From Candidatus Eiseniibacteriota bacterium (GTDB lineage Bacteria > Orphanbacterota > Orphanbacteria > Orphanbacterales > Orphanbacteraceae), in contig JBDROZ010000013.1 in assembly GCA_043809585.1 (NCBI GenBank), positions 3,928 to 67,927 on the forward strand: a stretch of 64,000 nt of DNA, given 5' to 3'. The number at the start of each line of letters is the position of its first letter. The first letter of the stretch is position 1. Below the pieces are notes generated by a model. That model had not been told where the DNA came from and did no database searches. It was given only the letters and a program-made list of their open reading frames with translations. A program made the translations under genes and the position numbers. Positions 1-9,448 of the stretch are shown here, in pieces.

Positions 1-750
1 GCCATCGTCGCGCCGGGCGCCAAGCTCGCCCGGACCGTCAACGTCGGGCCCTGCTCGATCATCGGCGAGAACGTGGAGGTCGGGGAGAACACATCGATCG
101 GCGCCCACAACGTGATCGACGGGTGGACGAAGATCGGGGCCCGCTGTCGGATCTTCCACTCCACGTGCATCGGTGTGGAGCCCCAGGACCTGAAGTACGC
201 GGGCGAAAAGACCCACGTCGAAATCGGCGACGACAATACGATCCGCGAGTTCGCGACGATCCACCGCGGCACCGACGCCAAGTGGGTCACGCGCATCGGT
301 AGCCACAATCTTATCATGGCGTACGTCCATGTCGCCCACGACTGCGTCATCGGCGATCACACGATCATCGCCAACGCCGTGAACCTCGCCGGCCACGTGA
401 CCGTCGAGGACTACGCGAGCATCGGCGGCGTCACGCCGGTTCACCAGTTCGCCCGCATCGGGTCCCACGCCTACATCGGCGGAGGCTCCCGGGTCCCCCA
501 GGACGTGCCCCCGTACATGCTCGCCGCGGGAAACCCGATTCGGATCGTGGGGATCAATCAAGTCGGCCTCGAGCGCCGGGGCTTCTCGACGGACACCCGC
601 AGCGCGCTCCGCAAGGCGTACAAGCTCCTCTACCGCTCGGAGAAGAACGTCACCCAGGCGGTCGCGGCGATCCGGGCCGAGCTGCCCGATTTGCCGGAAA
701 TCCGCTACCTCCTCGACTTCATCGAATCGTCGGAGCGGGGCATCACCTGA
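1..750 (+). CDS. lpxA: UDP-N-acetylglucosamine O-acyltransferase LpxA (5' end cut by window edge)
   Basis: Frame is open from nt 1 (AIVAPGAKLARTVNVGPCSIIGENVEVGENTSIG...). Hexapeptide left-handed beta-helix repeats followed by a C-terminal helical domain (GNPIRIVGINQVGLERRGFS). Heads an lpxB/waaA/lpxK cluster. Confidence 0.9.
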   Translation, partial: AIVAPGAKLARTVNVGPCSIIGENVEVGENTSIGAHNVIDGWTKIGARCRIFHSTCIGVEPQDLKYAGEKTHVEIGDDNTIREFATIHRGTDAKWVTRIGSHNLIMAYVHVAHDCVIGDHTIIANAVNLAGHVTVEDYASIGGVTPVHQFARIGSHAYIGGGSRVPQDVPPYMLAAGNPIRIVGINQVGLERRGFSTDTRSALRKAYKLLYRSEKNVTQAVAAIRAELPDLPEIRYLLDFIESSERGIT

Positions 751-775
751 TCCTCCCCGGGAAGGGACGGCACGG

Positions 776-1750
776 ATGGATCCGGTCCGCACCGGAGTGA
801 TCGGCGTCGGAACGTGGGGCAGGAACCACGTCCGGGTCCTCGCCTCCTCGCCCGAGGCCGAGCTGGTCGGCGTCTTCGATCTCGACGGCGGCCGGGCCCG
901 GGAAGCCGCCGCCTTCGGCGGATGCCGCGCCTATGACGACATGGACCTCCTCCTCGCCGATTCGGAGGCGGTGTGCGTCGCCGTCCCCACCACCGCCCAT
1001 CTTCACGTCACGCTCGGCGCCATTGAGCGGGGCGTTCACGTTCTCGTGGAGAAGCCGATCGCCTCGACCCCCGCCGAGGCGGACCGGATGGCCGAGGCGG
1101 CGGAGAAGGATGGCCTGGTCCTCGCCGTGGGCCACCTCGAACGATTCAACCCCGCCGTGGAGGCGCTCTTCGCCGAGAAATGCCATCCCCGGTTCGTCGA
1201 GATCCACCGGCTCTCCCCCTTCGACGTGCGGGGCCTCGATGTCTCCGTCGTTCTCGACCTCATGATCCACGACATCGACGTGCTCCTCCGCCTCGTCGAC
1301 TCGCCCCTCGAGGGGCTGGAGGCGACGGGGGTGCCGGTCCTCTCCTCCAACATCGATATCGCCAACGCCCGGCTCCGGTTCGAGAACGGGTGCGTGGCGA
1401 ACCTGACAGCGAGCCGCATCTCTCTCGGCAGGACCCGGAAGATCCGGATCTTCGAGGAGACGCGCTATATCTCCGTCAGCTACACGGACCAGACCGTGAC
1501 CGTCTACCGGCGGAGCGGCGATCTCCCGCCCCCGCGGGAGCTGACCCCCGAGTCCTTCGCCCGGCTCATCGAACGCCGCGACCCCGCGGTCGAGAAGGGG
1601 GAGCCCCTGAAGATCGAGATCCTCCACTTCCTCCGCGCCGTCCGGGGGGAGGAGGCGAAGATCGTCACGCCGGTTCAGGCCGCCGATGCGCTCCGGGTCG
1701 CCCATCGCATTCTGGAAAAGATGGACGGGGGCCATGGCTCCGGTCCCTAA
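776..1750 (+). CDS. Gfo/Idh/MocA-family NAD-dependent oxidoreductase (possible GnnA-like UDP-GlcNAc 3-dehydrogenase)
   Basis: N-terminal Rossmann motif VIGVGTWGRNH, EKP motif (VLVEKPIA), C-terminal alpha/beta domain. Located between lpxA and lpxB. Confidence 0.75.
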   Translation: MDPVRTGVIGVGTWGRNHVRVLASSPEAELVGVFDLDGGRAREAAAFGGCRAYDDMDLLLADSEAVCVAVPTTAHLHVTLGAIERGVHVLVEKPIASTPAEADRMAEAAEKDGLVLAVGHLERFNPAVEALFAEKCHPRFVEIHRLSPFDVRGLDVSVVLDLMIHDIDVLLRLVDSPLEGLEATGVPVLSSNIDIANARLRFENGCVANLTASRISLGRTRKIRIFEETRYISVSYTDQTVTVYRRSGDLPPPRELTPESFARLIERRDPAVEKGEPLKIEILHFLRAVRGEEAKIVTPVQAADALRVAHRILEKMDGGHGSGP

Positions 1751-2357
1751 GGGGGTGGAGGCGCCCCCGCGGCGGTTCCTGCCCGGACTCGGGCGCTTCT
1801 TCTACCGGTACCGGAGCTACACGCCCCTTCCCCTGGTCGCCGTGGTCCTCGCCTTCAGCCGGCCGACGCCGCTCTCCCTCGCCGCGGGGCTCGCCCTCGC
1901 CGGTGCCGGCGAAGGTCTCCGGCTCGCCGCGCTCCGGCACATCGGCGGCGCCTCCCGCACGCGGCGCCTCGGCGACGAGGGACTCGTGACGGGCGGCCCC
2001 TACGGCTGGACCCGGAATCCCCTTTACGCCGGAAACCTGCTCCTCTCCGGGGGCCTCGCGATCGCCACCGGCCTCGCCTGGTTTCCACCGCTCCTTCTCC
2101 TTCTCTTCGCGATCCAGTACGGACCGATCATCATCTCCGAAGAGGAGGAACTCCACCGGCGGCACCCGGAGGCGTACGGCGCCTACGCGGCGAGGGCGCC
2201 CCGCTTCTTCCCCCGGCCGCCGGAACGTTCGGCCCGGCCGCCGCGATGGTCCTGGAGGGAGGCGGCCCGGATCGAGCGCTCCACGCTCCTCACCGTCGCG
2301 TTCCTGACGTTGGCGCTCCTCCTCCACTACCGGCTCCACCCGGGAGGGACGCCGTGA
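1734..2357 (+). CDS. ICMT/Ste14-like integral membrane methyltransferase (possible LmtA-like lipid A phosphate methyltransferase)
   Basis: Multi-TM protein with LVTGGPYGWTRNPLYAGN and EEEELHRRHPEAYGAYAARAPRFFP, the two signature blocks of the isoprenylcysteine carboxyl methyltransferase family. ATG 1734 preferred; ATG 1686 is an in-frame alternative. Its stop overlaps the lpxB GTG (GTGA). Confidence 0.7.
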   Translation: MAPVPKGVEAPPRRFLPGLGRFFYRYRSYTPLPLVAVVLAFSRPTPLSLAAGLALAGAGEGLRLAALRHIGGASRTRRLGDEGLVTGGPYGWTRNPLYAGNLLLSGGLAIATGLAWFPPLLLLLFAIQYGPIIISEEEELHRRHPEAYGAYAARAPRFFPRPPERSARPPRWSWREAARIERSTLLTVAFLTLALLLHYRLHPGGTP

Positions 2358-3484
2358 ATCTGCTCCTGGTCGCGGGGGAAGCCTCGGGCGAGATGTACGG
2401 GGCCGAACTCGCCCGCGAGATCCGGTCGCTCCGGCCGGAGGCGGAGCTGTGGGGATGCGGCGGGGACCGGATGGAGGGGGCGGGGGTCGAGATCATCTAT
2501 CCGATCCGGGAGTTCTCGGTCCTCGGGTTTTCCGAGGTGGTCTCGAAGATTCCCTTCTTCCTCCGCGCCCTCGGCCGGATGAAGCGCCTCGTCCGGGAGA
2601 GGCGGCCGGCGGCGGTGGTCCTCATCGACTTTCCCGGCTTCAACATGAAGCTCGCCGCCCACTGCGCGCGGGAAGGCGTGCCGGTGGTCTGGTACGTGAG
2701 CCCCCAGGTGTGGGCTTGGGGGGGGAACCGGGTGGGAAGGCTCCGGAAGATCGTCGACCGGATGCTCGTCATCCTCCCCTTCGAGGAGGACTTCTACCGG
2801 GAGAGCGGCGTCCCGGTCCGTTTCGTCGGCCACCCCCTCGTCGATCTCGCCCGCCCGTCGATGGGCGCCGAGGAGTGGCGCGCGCGCCGGGGCGTTCCCG
2901 AAGGGAGGCCCCTCGTCGGCCTCTTCCCGGGGAGCCGGATCCACGAGGTGGAGAAGCTCCTGCCCGTGATGGCGGGGGCCGTCCGGCGGCTCCGGGGGGA
3001 AGGGCACGAAATGGAGGCGATGATCGGCGCGGCCCCCACCCTCGACGACGGGATCTACCGGAGGATTCTCGGGTCCGGCGGTCCGCCCCTCGTTCGGGGC
3101 GAGACCTACGATCTACTCGGCGCCTCCCTCTTCGCCTTCGTCGCGTCCGGCACCGTGACCGTCGAGGCCGCCTGTCTCCAAACACCGATGGCGATCCTCT
3201 ACAAGGTCTCCCCCCTCTCCTGGTGGATCGGGAAACGCCTCGTCCGGGTCCCCCACATCGGCATGGCGAACCTCCTCGCCGGGGAGCGGGTCGCCCCCGA
3301 GCTCCTCCAGCACGCCGCGACGGCGGAAAACCTCGCCGCCGAGGCGCGGCCTTGGCTCGAAGACCCGTCACGGCTCGCGCCGGTCCGGGCGAAACTCCGG
3401 GCCGTCCGGGAGGGCCTCGGCGCGGGGGGCGCCTCCCGCCGGGCGGCGGAATCGGTCCTCGAAGCGGCGGAGGGAGGGGGATGA
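2354..3484 (+). CDS. lpxB: lipid-A-disaccharide synthase LpxB
   Basis: VNLLLVAGEASGEMYGAELAREIR N-terminus, VLIDFPGFNMKLA, and GTVTVEAACLQTPMAILYK C-terminal block. GTG start at 2354; the longer listed ORF (from 2246) overlaps the upstream gene. Confidence 0.9.
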   Translation: MNLLLVAGEASGEMYGAELAREIRSLRPEAELWGCGGDRMEGAGVEIIYPIREFSVLGFSEVVSKIPFFLRALGRMKRLVRERRPAAVVLIDFPGFNMKLAAHCAREGVPVVWYVSPQVWAWGGNRVGRLRKIVDRMLVILPFEEDFYRESGVPVRFVGHPLVDLARPSMGAEEWRARRGVPEGRPLVGLFPGSRIHEVEKLLPVMAGAVRRLRGEGHEMEAMIGAAPTLDDGIYRRILGSGGPPLVRGETYDLLGASLFAFVASGTVTVEAACLQTPMAILYKVSPLSWWIGKRLVRVPHIGMANLLAGERVAPELLQHAATAENLAAEARPWLEDPSRLAPVRAKLRAVREGLGAGGASRRAAESVLEAAEGGG

Positions 3485-4164
3485 AGAAGCTCGCCGACCG
3501 GGTTCTCTTCGAGCTCGCCGTCCGACTCGGCCCGTGGCTGATCCGCATCATGGGCGCGTCGTGGCGCATCACCTGGATCGGAAGCGAGCACGAGACGGCC
3601 CTCCGGGCCCGGGGGACGCCGGTCCTCTATGCCTTCTGGCACGGACGACTCCTCCCCCTCACGTACACCCACAGGAACCGCATGATCCGGATCCTCATCA
3701 GCCGGAGCCGGGACGGCGAGATCATCCGCCGGATCACCGAGAGCCTGGGACACGCCCACGTCGGCGGCTCGACGGGGAAGGGGGGGGCCCGGGCGATCCT
3801 CCGCATGGTCCGGCTCGCCGGAAAGGGGCACGACCTGGCCATCACGCCCGACGGCCCCCGCGGTCCGCGGGAGAGAGTACAGGCGGGGACGATCCTCATC
3901 GCGCAGAGGGCGGGAATCCCGATCGTGCCGCTCACCGCCGCCGCCTCCCGGGGAAAGACGCTCCGCTCCTGGGACCGGTTCCGGATCCCCGGCCTCTTCG
4001 CCCGGGTGGTGGTCATCACGGGGGCGCCGTTCGACGTGCCCGCCGACCTCTCGCCGGAGGAGATGGAAGTGACGAGGCTCCGTCTGGAGAGGACCCTCCT
4101 CGAAATGGGGGCGGAGGCGGACCGGGCGGCAGGCACGAAGCAACCGGTGGTAGAAACCGCATGA
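3481..4164 (+). CDS. DUF374 / lysophospholipid acyltransferase-family protein commonly linked to Kdo transferase
   Basis: FWHGRLLPL ... SRSRDGEIIRRI ... LAITPDGPRGPRE blocks typical of DUF374. ATGA overlaps with lpxB upstream and waaA downstream. Confidence 0.75.
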   Translation: MKKLADRVLFELAVRLGPWLIRIMGASWRITWIGSEHETALRARGTPVLYAFWHGRLLPLTYTHRNRMIRILISRSRDGEIIRRITESLGHAHVGGSTGKGGARAILRMVRLAGKGHDLAITPDGPRGPRERVQAGTILIAQRAGIPIVPLTAAASRGKTLRSWDRFRIPGLFARVVVITGAPFDVPADLSPEEMEVTRLRLERTLLEMGAEADRAAGTKQPVVETA

Positions 4165-5393
4165 TGGACACTCTCTATCAATATGCTACAATGGCGCTAA
4201 CGCCCTTCGCGCCTCTCTTGGTCCGCCTGCGGGTCCCGGATGATGAGGAGGAGCGGGCGGAACGGCTCGGCCGCCACCGGGAACCGGTGCCTCGGGGGGT
4301 GATCTGGGTCCACGCCGCCTCGGCGGGGGAAACGGAGGGGGCGGAACCGATCCTCCGGGAGATCTCGCGGAGGAGACCGGGCGCGCCGCTCCTCGTCACC
4401 TCCATGACGAGGGCCGGAAAGTCCCGGGCGGGTGCGATCGACGGGGCGCTCTCCCGCTTCGCCCCCCTCGACATCCCCGGCGCGGTCCGCCGTTTTCTCG
4501 GCGCCTTCCGCCCGAGGGCGCTCCTCCTCGTGGAGACCGAGCTATGGCCGAACCTGATCCGGGAGAGCGTCCGGGCCGGCCTGGCCGTCGCGGTGGTGAA
4601 CGGGCGGATCTCGTCCCCGGCGTTCCGTCGCATGCTCCGCTTCGAAGACCTCTACCGTTCCGTTCTCGGGCGCGTCTCTCTCGTCGGCGCCCAGCGGGAG
4701 ACCGACCGGGAGCGGTTCGCCCGCTTCGGGGTGCCCGAGGACCGTCTCTTCGTTCACGGCAACACGAAGATCGACACGCCCGTTCCGGAACCCCGGGAAC
4801 TCGGCCTTTCGAAGGGGGAAGGGGAACGGTGGGCCGTCTTCGGCTCGGTCCGGCCGGGGGAGGAGGAGGCGGTCGCCCGGGCCGCGCGGGAGCTGCTCCG
4901 GCGTCCCGATGTCAAAGTGATCGTCGCCCCCCGGCACCCGGAGAGGGCGGCCCTCTTCGAGGCGGAGGGAATCTCGTGGAGGCGTTGGAGCGAGGGCCCG
5001 GACCCCGAGGCGCGGGCGGTGCTCGTCGACACCGTGGGCGACCTCCTCTCCTTCTACGCCCGGGCGGACATTGCCTTCGTCGGCGGTTCCCTCTCCGAGC
5101 ACGGGGGGCACAATCCTCTCGAGCCCGCCCGCTTCGGCGTGCCGGTGCTCATGGGCCCCCGTCTCGACAACTGCCGGGAAGCGGCGGATCTGCTCCGGGA
5201 GGCGGAAGCCCTGGAGATCGTGGACGGGGCCGAGGCCCTCGCGGACCGCATGGCGTGGCTCCTGGGGAATGACGGGGAAAGGAAAAGGCGGGGGAGGGCG
5301 GGACGCGGCGCGATCGACTCCGCCCGGGGGGCGGCGGGGCGTCTCGTCGACCGGCTCGTCCGGGGCGGAATCCTCGGGACGGAGGGATCATGA
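4161..5393 (+). CDS. waaA: 3-deoxy-D-manno-octulosonic acid (Kdo) transferase
   Basis: WVHAASAGE motif, LVETELWPNLI, FVGGSLSEHGGHNPLEPARFGVPVLMGP. Confidence 0.9.
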   Translation: MMDTLYQYATMALTPFAPLLVRLRVPDDEEERAERLGRHREPVPRGVIWVHAASAGETEGAEPILREISRRRPGAPLLVTSMTRAGKSRAGAIDGALSRFAPLDIPGAVRRFLGAFRPRALLLVETELWPNLIRESVRAGLAVAVVNGRISSPAFRRMLRFEDLYRSVLGRVSLVGAQRETDRERFARFGVPEDRLFVHGNTKIDTPVPEPRELGLSKGEGERWAVFGSVRPGEEEAVARAARELLRRPDVKVIVAPRHPERAALFEAEGISWRRWSEGPDPEARAVLVDTVGDLLSFYARADIAFVGGSLSEHGGHNPLEPARFGVPVLMGPRLDNCREAADLLREAEALEIVDGAEALADRMAWLLGNDGERKRRGRAGRGAIDSARGAAGRLVDRLVRGGILGTEGS

Positions 5394-6430
5394 TGGGACG
5401 GCCCGAGCCGATCGGCGGCCCCCTCGGCGCTCTCGGTGAGGCGCTCTACCGGACGGGGCTGGGCCTCCGGAACGCCCTCTACGTCGCCGGCCTCCGCTGG
5501 AGTGCGCGGCTCCCCGCGCGGGTCGTCGGCGTCGGGAATCTGACCGCCGGGGGGACGGGGAAGACCCCGGTCGTCGCCGAGTTGGCCGCCCGGTTCGAGG
5601 GAGCGGGATGGAGGACGGCGATCCTCTCCCGCGGCCACGGGCGGGACCATCCGGAGCGGATCGAGGTCGTTCCGCCGGGAGAGGAACCCCCCGAAGGGGC
5701 GCACCGCCTCTACGGCGACGAGCCGTGCCTCCTGCGCGGGCGCCTTCCCGAAACGCCGATCGTCCTCGCCCGGGACCGGACGAAGGGGGGGCGGGCGGCG
5801 ATCGAGCGCTTCGGCGCCGATCTTCTTCTTCTGGACGACGGCTTCCAACACCGGCGGCTCGCCCGGGACCGGGACGTGGTGGTCCTCCGGGGTGAGGCGC
5901 CCTTCGGCGACGGGAGACTCCTCCCCCGCGGTCTCCTCCGGGAACCCCCGTCCGGAATCGGCCGGGCTCATCTCGTTCTCATCAATCGGACCGGGGGCGA
6001 GGCGGAAGGGTTGGACGACCTTCTCGACCGGGTCGGCGCTCCGGAGGAGCGTGTCCGCTTCGAGTACGAACCGGACCGCCTGCTCGACCCGTCCGGCGAG
6101 GAGGTCGATCTCCGGCACTTGCGCGCACGCCCGGTGGTCGCCGTGAGCGGGATCGGCGATCCTTCTTCCTTCGAGTATCTCCTCGCCGGGACCGGAGCCC
6201 TCGTCAGCGGCGCCATCCGTTTCGCCGATCATCATCGATTCACCCCGAGCGACTGCTCCGACATCGCGGACGAGGCGGCCCGGTTCCGCGCCGTTCCCGT
6301 CACGACCGAAAAGGACCGGATCCGGCTCGCGGGCAGGGACGTGAAGGCGGCCGGCGTCTATACTCTGATCGTGAGAATCCGCTGGACGGGCGAAACCGAC
6401 GCGCTCGACCGGCTCGTTTCCCGGCCCTGA
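5390..6430 (+). CDS. lpxK: tetraacyldisaccharide 4'-kinase LpxK
   Basis: P-loop VGNLTAGGTGKTP, LLLDDGFQH, VTTEKD block. ATGA overlap with waaA. Confidence 0.9.
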   Translation: MMGRPEPIGGPLGALGEALYRTGLGLRNALYVAGLRWSARLPARVVGVGNLTAGGTGKTPVVAELAARFEGAGWRTAILSRGHGRDHPERIEVVPPGEEPPEGAHRLYGDEPCLLRGRLPETPIVLARDRTKGGRAAIERFGADLLLLDDGFQHRRLARDRDVVVLRGEAPFGDGRLLPRGLLREPPSGIGRAHLVLINRTGGEAEGLDDLLDRVGAPEERVRFEYEPDRLLDPSGEEVDLRHLRARPVVAVSGIGDPSSFEYLLAGTGALVSGAIRFADHHRFTPSDCSDIADEAARFRAVPVTTEKDRIRLAGRDVKAAGVYTLIVRIRWTGETDALDRLVSRP

Positions 6431-6448
6431 GAGAAGGAGCGCCGACCG

Positions 6449-8020
6449 GTGGCCCATCGAGAGTGCGACTTCCTCGTTCTCGGCAGCGGGATCGCCGGAC
6501 TCGTCTACGCCCTCAAGGTGGCCGGGGCGGGAAGGGTCCTGGTGGTCACGAAGAAGAAGAGCGCCGAGACGAACACCAACCTCGCCCAAGGGGGTATCGC
6601 CGCCGTCATGGGCGCCGACGACTCCCCCGAGATCCACCTGCAGGATACCCTGAAGTGCGGCGAGGGGCTGACCGACGAGGGCGTCGCCCGCATGGTGGTG
6701 GGGCGCGGCCCCGCCCTGATCGAGGAGCTTCTCGAATGGGGCGTCCGTTTCTCGATGGACGGGAAGGGGCTTGCCCTCGGGCGGGAGGGGGGGCACTCGC
6801 GCCGGCGCATCGTCCACGCCAAGGACGCCACGGGGAGGGAAGTGGAGCGGGGGCTCCTGGAAGCGCTGAAGGACCACCCGAACGTGAACATCCTCGAGGA
6901 CCACCACGCGATCGACCTGGTCCGGGACGACCACGGCGAGATCTGGGGGGCCCACGTTCTCGACCGGACCACCGGAGGCGTGAGAACCTTCCTCGCCCGC
7001 ACCACGCTGCTCGCCACCGGCGGGGCGGGCAAGGTCTACCTGTATACGACGAACCCGGACATCGCCTCCGGCGACGGCGTCGCCATGGCGTACCGGGCGG
7101 GGGCGCGGCTCGCCAATCTGGAGTTCGTCCAGTTTCACCCCACCTGCCTCTACCACCCCCTCGAGAAGTCGTTTCTCATCTCGGAGGCCGTGCGGGGGGA
7201 GGGGGCGGTGCTCCGCACCTTGGACGGCGAGTCGTTCACGGAGAAGTACGATCCCCGGGGCTCCCTCGCCCCCCGGGACATCGTGGCCCGGGCCATCGAC
7301 AGGGAGATGAAGACCCGGGGGGAGCGGCATGTCTGGCTCGACCTGTCGGCGATTCCGGCGGCCCACATCCGCTCGCGATTTCCGAACATTCACGAGAAGT
7401 GCCTCTCCCTCGGGATCGACATCACGAAGGAGTCGATTCCGGTCGTGCCCGCGGCCCATTACATGTGCGGGGGCGTCATCACGGACACCGAAGGGAAAAC
7501 GAACCTGGCCCGGCTCTACGCGTGCGGTGAGGTCGCCCACACCGGGCTGCACGGGGCGAACCGTCTCGCGTCGAACAGCCTTCTCGAGGCGCTCGTCTAC
7601 GCCGAGAACGCGTCGGCGGCGGTCCTCCGGGGGCACGCCGCGGACCCCTTCCCGAAGCGGGTCCCCGGGCCTCCCGAATCGAACGGCCGGAAGAAAGGCC
7701 GCCTCATGATCCTCCACAACTGGGATCGGATCCGGACGGCCATGTGGCATTATGTGGGGATCGCCCGCTCCGTCGACCGCCTCCAGAGCGCCCGGACCAT
7801 CCTCGAGGCCGTCAACCGCGAGGTGGACCGGTGCTACTCCTCCTTCGCCCTCACGGGCGACCTGATCGAGCTTCGGAGCATCGCCGAGACGGGCCGCCTC
7901 ATCGTCCGGTGCGCCCTCCGGCGGCGCGAGAGCCGGGGCCTCCATTACGTGGAGGAATTCCCCCAACCGGACCCCCGGTGGGAACGGAACACCATTGTCT
8001 ACCGTCTGAAAATCGGATAG
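6449..8020 (+). CDS. nadB: L-aspartate oxidase
   Basis: FAD motif DFLVLGSGIAGL, AQGGIAA, HYMCGGV, RLASNSLLE, ESRGLH. Confidence 0.9.
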   Translation: MAHRECDFLVLGSGIAGLVYALKVAGAGRVLVVTKKKSAETNTNLAQGGIAAVMGADDSPEIHLQDTLKCGEGLTDEGVARMVVGRGPALIEELLEWGVRFSMDGKGLALGREGGHSRRRIVHAKDATGREVERGLLEALKDHPNVNILEDHHAIDLVRDDHGEIWGAHVLDRTTGGVRTFLARTTLLATGGAGKVYLYTTNPDIASGDGVAMAYRAGARLANLEFVQFHPTCLYHPLEKSFLISEAVRGEGAVLRTLDGESFTEKYDPRGSLAPRDIVARAIDREMKTRGERHVWLDLSAIPAAHIRSRFPNIHEKCLSLGIDITKESIPVVPAAHYMCGGVITDTEGKTNLARLYACGEVAHTGLHGANRLASNSLLEALVYAENASAAVLRGHAADPFPKRVPGPPESNGRKKGRLMILHNWDRIRTAMWHYVGIARSVDRLQSARTILEAVNREVDRCYSSFALTGDLIELRSIAETGRLIVRCALRRRESRGLHYVEEFPQPDPRWERNTIVYRLKIG

Positions 8021-8048
8021 GTTCAGAAAGTGGCCGAGGAGGTGGATC

Positions 8049-8897
8049 ATGGCCGTTTCCGGCGGTCCGGTCCGCGAGGCGGCGTGGGCCGGCCAGTTTT
8101 ATCCGTCCGATCCCCAGCGGCTCCGGAGCGACGTGATCGAGTACCTGGGCGAGGCGGGGGACGGCCCCCCCCGGGGGACCGTGATCGGCCTCCTGGCGCC
8201 TCACGCCGGCTACATCTATTCCGGCGCCGTCGCCGGGAACGCCTACGCCGCCGTCCGGGGGAGGGAGTACGACCGGGTGGTCCTCCTCGCGCCGAGCCAC
8301 CGGGCCTACTTCCGGGGCGCGTCGGTCTGGCCCCGCGGTGCGTACCGGACCCCGCTCGGCGAAGTCCCGATCGACGAGGAAGGCGCGGCCCGGCTGCTGG
8401 AGAAGGGGGGCGGCCTCGTCTCCGACCTCCCCGAGGCGCACACCGAGGAGCACGCCCTCGAGGTGCAGATTCCCTTCCTCCAGGTCGCGCTCCCCTCTTT
8501 CCGGCTCGTCCCCCTCGTGCTCGGTTCCCACGATTTCGATTTCGCCGCCTCCCTGGCGCGGCTCCTCGCGGAAACCTTCGGGAGTGAAGGGACACTCTAC
8601 GTGGCGAGCTCGGACCTTTCCCATTTCCACTCCTACGACGAGGCGGTCCGGATCGACGGGCTCCTTCTCGACCTTCTCGGCCGGATGGAGACGAAGCGCC
8701 TCGCCGCCGCCCTCGAACGGGGGGAGACGGAGGCGTGCGGCGCCGGCCCGATCCTCACCATCGCCACCGCCTCGAAGGAGCACTTCGGCGCCTCCGCCCG
8801 GCTGCTGGATTACGCCAACTCGGGGGACACGGCGGGGGGGAAGGAGGAGGTGGTCGGTTACGCCGCGTTCCTCTTCGCCCGGGAGGGAGCGGCATGA
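8049..8897 (+). CDS. Memo-like protein (AmmeMemoRadiSam system protein B family)
   Basis: AGQFYPSDPQRL N-terminus, LLAPHAGYIYSG, EHALEVQIPFLQ, SSDLSHF. Confidence 0.85.
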   Translation: MAVSGGPVREAAWAGQFYPSDPQRLRSDVIEYLGEAGDGPPRGTVIGLLAPHAGYIYSGAVAGNAYAAVRGREYDRVVLLAPSHRAYFRGASVWPRGAYRTPLGEVPIDEEGAARLLEKGGGLVSDLPEAHTEEHALEVQIPFLQVALPSFRLVPLVLGSHDFDFAASLARLLAETFGSEGTLYVASSDLSHFHSYDEAVRIDGLLLDLLGRMETKRLAAALERGETEACGAGPILTIATASKEHFGASARLLDYANSGDTAGGKEEVVGYAAFLFAREGAA

Positions 8898-9448
8898 TCG
8901 GAGCGGCGGACCGGTCCCGGCTTCTCGCCGTCGCCCGGGAATCGATCGAGGCGATGCTCCGGGGGCGCCCGTTCGAACCCGCGGTTCCGGAGGCGGGCCC
9001 CCTCGCGGAGGAGAGGGGGGCCTTCGTGACCCTGACGGCCGGCGGCCGGCTCCGGGGGTGCATCGGGCGGGTCGTCGCCGACATGCCTCTCGTCCGGGTC
9101 GTGGCGGAGATGGCGGTCGCCGCGGCGCGGGACGACTACCGTTTCGACAAGATCGACGAGAAGGAGCTCCCGAGGATCCGCATCGAGATTTCCGCCATGA
9201 GCCCGCTCCGGATCCTCGCGGACCCCTCCCGGGAGGTCGAGGTCGGCCGGCACGGACTGATCGTCCGGCGGGGCTCGTCGTCGGGGCTCCTCCTCCCGCA
9301 GGTCGCCTCCGGTGAGGGATGGGACACGGAGCGATTCCTCCGGGAGACGTGCCGGAAGGCGGGCCTGCCGCCGGAGGCGTGGAAGGAGGAGGACGCGACG
9401 GTGCAGGCCTTCGAGGCGGAGGTGTGGGGAGAGGAGGGGGCGAGGTGA
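8894..9448 (+). CDS. AMMECR1-domain protein (AmmeMemoRadiSam system protein A family)
   Basis: GAFVTLTAGGRLRGCIG signature and GLLLPQV block. ATGA overlap with the Memo-like gene. Confidence 0.85.
   Translation: MIGAADRSRLLAVARESIEAMLRGRPFEPAVPEAGPLAEERGAFVTLTAGGRLRGCIGRVVADMPLVRVVAEMAVAAARDDYRFDKIDEKELPRIRIEISAMSPLRILADPSREVEVGRHGLIVRRGSSSGLLLPQVASGEGWDTERFLRETCRKAGLPPEAWKEEDATVQAFEAEVWGEEGAR

Noticed and set aside
4416-4429. GGAAAGTCCCGGGC, resembling the conserved RNase P RNA core GAGGAAAGTCCGGGC.
   Set aside because: It lies inside the waaA coding frame (RAGKSRAG), with none of the flanking RNase P helices. Chance match.
5054-8050. 998-aa minus-strand ORF antisense to waaA/lpxK/nadB. 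Similar giants occur at 13746-16058, 32559-34859, 40602-43574 and 58006-60549.
   Set aside because: Each lies opposite a gene with strong family motifs. Their translations are Arg/Pro/Gly/Glu-rich with no motifs. Long stop-free antisense frames are expected at about 70% GC.
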